Shown here: one piece after another, positions 61,271-64,000 of the stretch
Layout of the letters: each line of letters begins with the position of its first letter
Position numbering within the stretch: the stretch's first letter is position 1
From: Mustelus asterias
Taxonomy: Eukaryota
Reading direction: 5' to 3'
Length of the DNA stretch: 64,000 nucleotides
Assembly: GCF_964213995.1 (NCBI RefSeq)
Contig: NW_027590205.1
Span: 310,001 to 374,000, forward strand
The notes under the pieces: model-generated
What the model was told of the DNA's origin: nothing
Seen by the model: only the letters and a program-made list of their open reading frames with translations
Database searches by the model: none
Position numbers and translations under genes: made by a program

Positions 61271-61704
61271 GCAGAACTGCAAAGTTTGATCCTTCCTGGA
61301 AATATTCGGATCAGAGTGATTGTGTGATGTATACATTGACATGTACTGGTGCAATATTAGTTTAAACAGGGTGTCATATAATATAATGTAGTATAATCAG
61401 AGACTGTGCCCATTCTAAATAGATACATATGGAGGTCAATTCAAAATGAACAGATACAGGGTCCAGTGTAGTATTTATTGCGGCATTCATTGCGTCATGT
61501 AATGTAACCCATCAAGATTTCATTTCCATCTGCTGGCAAAACTCTGTAATTACAGTTACGGTGAAAATATCGCTGTTAGGTATGATCTATGATATGAATG
61601 TACCACGAATTCACATCCATTCATGTAATACCACATCCCCTTCTGCGGAAGGTGCCAAATTGTAAGGTGCAACGAATTGTACACGTACGTTGCTGAATCA
61701 TGCA

Positions 61705-62520
61705 GCTTAAGTGTTGTCCCGCAGGAATCTGTCTTGGGGCCTCAATTATTGACAGTATTCATTAATGGCTTAGATAATGGCATGAAAAGTCAAATGTCCA
61801 AATGATAGATCAAGGTATTTTTAGAAGGCACAAAATTAAATTTAGTGGATGCCCAACGAGATTTGGGGCTTCAGGCGCATAGTTTCTCAAAATGCCACCA
61901 ACTGATGCAGAAAATAGACATTAAGGCCAACGGAATACTGGCCTTCATACCCAAAGGACTGGAGTATAGGGATGCAGATGTTGTACTGCAATTGTGAAAA
62001 TCTTTGTTAGACCACAAAAAGAGTACTGTAAGCAGGCATGGGCAAAAAATCTTTGGAAAGATGTTGGCTCTGGAGGGAGTTCAACGCAAGTTGCGAGGAG
62101 AGATCAGACAAATTAAGACTTTTCCTCTCGAATTCAGAAGGTTGAGCGCTGCTCTGATAGAAATCTGTGAAATATTTACAGGGAAGGTAGATAAAGATAA
62201 AATGTTTCCACACGTTGAAAGTTCGAGAATAAAGGGCCATAGTTTAAAAAAATAGGGACAGGCCGTTCAGGAGAGTTAATAGAAAGAATTTGTACACGCA
62301 GAGAGAGATGGATGTTTGGAACTCTCTTCCGCAGACGCCGGTGGGTGCTGGTTCAATTGTTAGATTGAAGTCTGAGATCGATTTTCTTTTATTGAACAGG
62401 GGTATCAACATGGGCCGAGGGAAGGTACATGTATTCGGCCACAGATCAGCCATGAACTTATTGAATGGCGAGGCGAGTTCGAGGAGCTGAATGGCCTACT
62501 CCTGCGGCTATGTTCCGATG
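61705..62520 (+). mobile_element. Degraded CR1 RT fragment
   Basis: ALEGVQRK..LEFRRL..; typical 3' UTR. Confidence 0.7.
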
Positions 62521-62792
62521 TTGCCAGATCAGCATCAGATCAAAATAGCTCAATCCATGGTAATGTATTTTTGTTCATTTTGGTTAAAAGGAGGAATGTT
62601 GACCAGGGCGCTGTTGGAGACCATGGGACCTTTAATGTTCAGCTCAGCAAACATGGCGTTGGGGAAAGTTTATTTGTTCATCGTTCCATCTGAAAGATAG
62701 TTGGTCACACATTCCAGTTATTTATCAGGAGTTTCTGTGTGATGATGAGGTGATTCCTCGGAAGCCAAGATGGAGTGTTAAGTTGAAGGAAA

Positions 62793-62851
62793 GTGTGTGT
62801 GTGTGTGTTTGTGTGTGTGTGTGCGCGCGCGTGTGTGTGTGTGTGTGTGTG
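62793..62851. repeat. (GT)n/(GC)n microsatellite
   Basis: Direct reading. Confidence 0.9.
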
Positions 62852-63834
62852 TTTCTATTTCTGTACGTGTACGTGCGTATGAAAGGGAGACAATTTATGG
62901 GACAGAATGAGAACAAGAGAGAATATATGTGTGTGCCTCTGCGTGCCTTGTCGGAAAAATGTCATATTGTTTACAAATCAACGTCACAATGATAACCGGC
63001 ATCCTCCCATTTACAATAGAAGTTAGAAACACAGTAAACACATTCATTTCAGTTTGGTTTCTTTTGCATATGTCAAATTTGTTGATGACTGAGGAGGACA
63101 ACTTTTGAGAGTTTGATTCAACTACAAGTGTTGCCCATGACGCTATCAGTTGTACTTGTACATTGTCGTGTTGTGTGTCATGAATGAGACCGAGGACTTT
63201 TTGGTGGAGAGCCTAGTTCCCCCAAATCTTGCAGTCTCTGCTCTGATGCGAGTGTCGAATGTCTTCTTGCGATTCACGAAAGTATGGTTATGATACGTAT
63301 ATCTTCCAACACAAGCACAACACTGTGCTTCAGGTTAATCCCGCTCTTCAAGCAGATGAGTAACAAAATTGTAATCCTACCAAAGGCCTTTCCCGTGATG
63401 CTATGATTGAGATACAGCTGCAGATGTTGCCGTCTCCTCTGTCGGCCTTGTCTTCGGATAGTGTGATGTTTTTGAATCATGAATCTCCTGTGGAACGGAA
63501 CCTATCTTCTGGCAGAGAAAGAGAAGGTCATAAATGTTCAGAAAGTTGGTGTTTATTTTCACCAATTGCCATCCATTCACAAAGTTGCACAATTTTGTTC
63601 ACAAGTTATCATCCATTCATAAACATTAATGCATTTAAGTTTTAATTCAAGGGACATGGGTGTTGCTGGCTAAGTCAGTATTTATTGCCTATACCTAATT
63701 GCCCTTAGTAAGCTGGTGATGAGCTAACTGCTTGAACTGCTGCAGAACCTGTGGTGTAGGTACCCACACTGTGCTGTTCTGGGATTTCAATCCAGCGACA
63801 GTGTAGGAAGGACGATATGTTTACAAGTCAGGTA

Positions 63835-64000
63835 GATGACTCCTAGAAATGAGGCTTGGGTCAATGCCAGGAGGAGGGGTAAGAAGCAATCGGGAAGACA
63901 ATCCCCTGGGGCGGATCCCCTCCATAATAGGTTTTCGGTGCTGGAGGCTACAGTTGAGGAGGAATCAACTGAGCAGAGAGAGCAGATCTCTGGGGGTGAG
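63835..64000 (+). mobile_element. Start of another CR1, within ORF1, running off the window
   Basis: GKKQSGRQSPGADPLHNRFSVLEATVEEE resembles ORF1 'SPVVVPLQNRYIVLDSVEE'. Confidence 0.55.

Noticed and set aside
312-63645. Most short ORFs in the track as genes
   Set aside because: They are SINE/LINE-derived, antisense to repeats, or chance frames.

Overview
This is a eukaryotic, repeat-rich window from a cartilaginous fish (shark). The evidence is HE1-type SINEs, shark CR1 LINEs and elasmobranch IgM exons. The main host structure is on the minus strand: a TCR alpha/delta-type V pseudogene (leader 22587-22542, V exon 22413-22111, degenerate 23-RSS, CTCF motif in its promoter). It lies only ~0.9 kb upstream of an IgM constant region (Cmu2, Cmu3, Cmu4+secretory tail, TM1, TM2), with no recognisable VH, D, J or Cmu1 in between. 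The TM1-TM2 block, plus a decayed V-like exon after it, is duplicated 8 kb downstream. The window also holds: (1) a decayed tandem array of ~1.25-kb tRNA-Val units; (2) other tRNA pseudogenes; (3) a near-complete CR1 LINE whose ORF1/ORF2 junction has an in-frame U_UUA_AAC -1 frameshift heptamer; (4) a 2-kb Penelope palindrome with hammerhead ribozyme motifs; (5) a 56-bp minisatellite in which each unit resembles a 12-RSS; (6) many LINE and SINE fragments. All calls come from reading the sequence by eye; no database searches were run.
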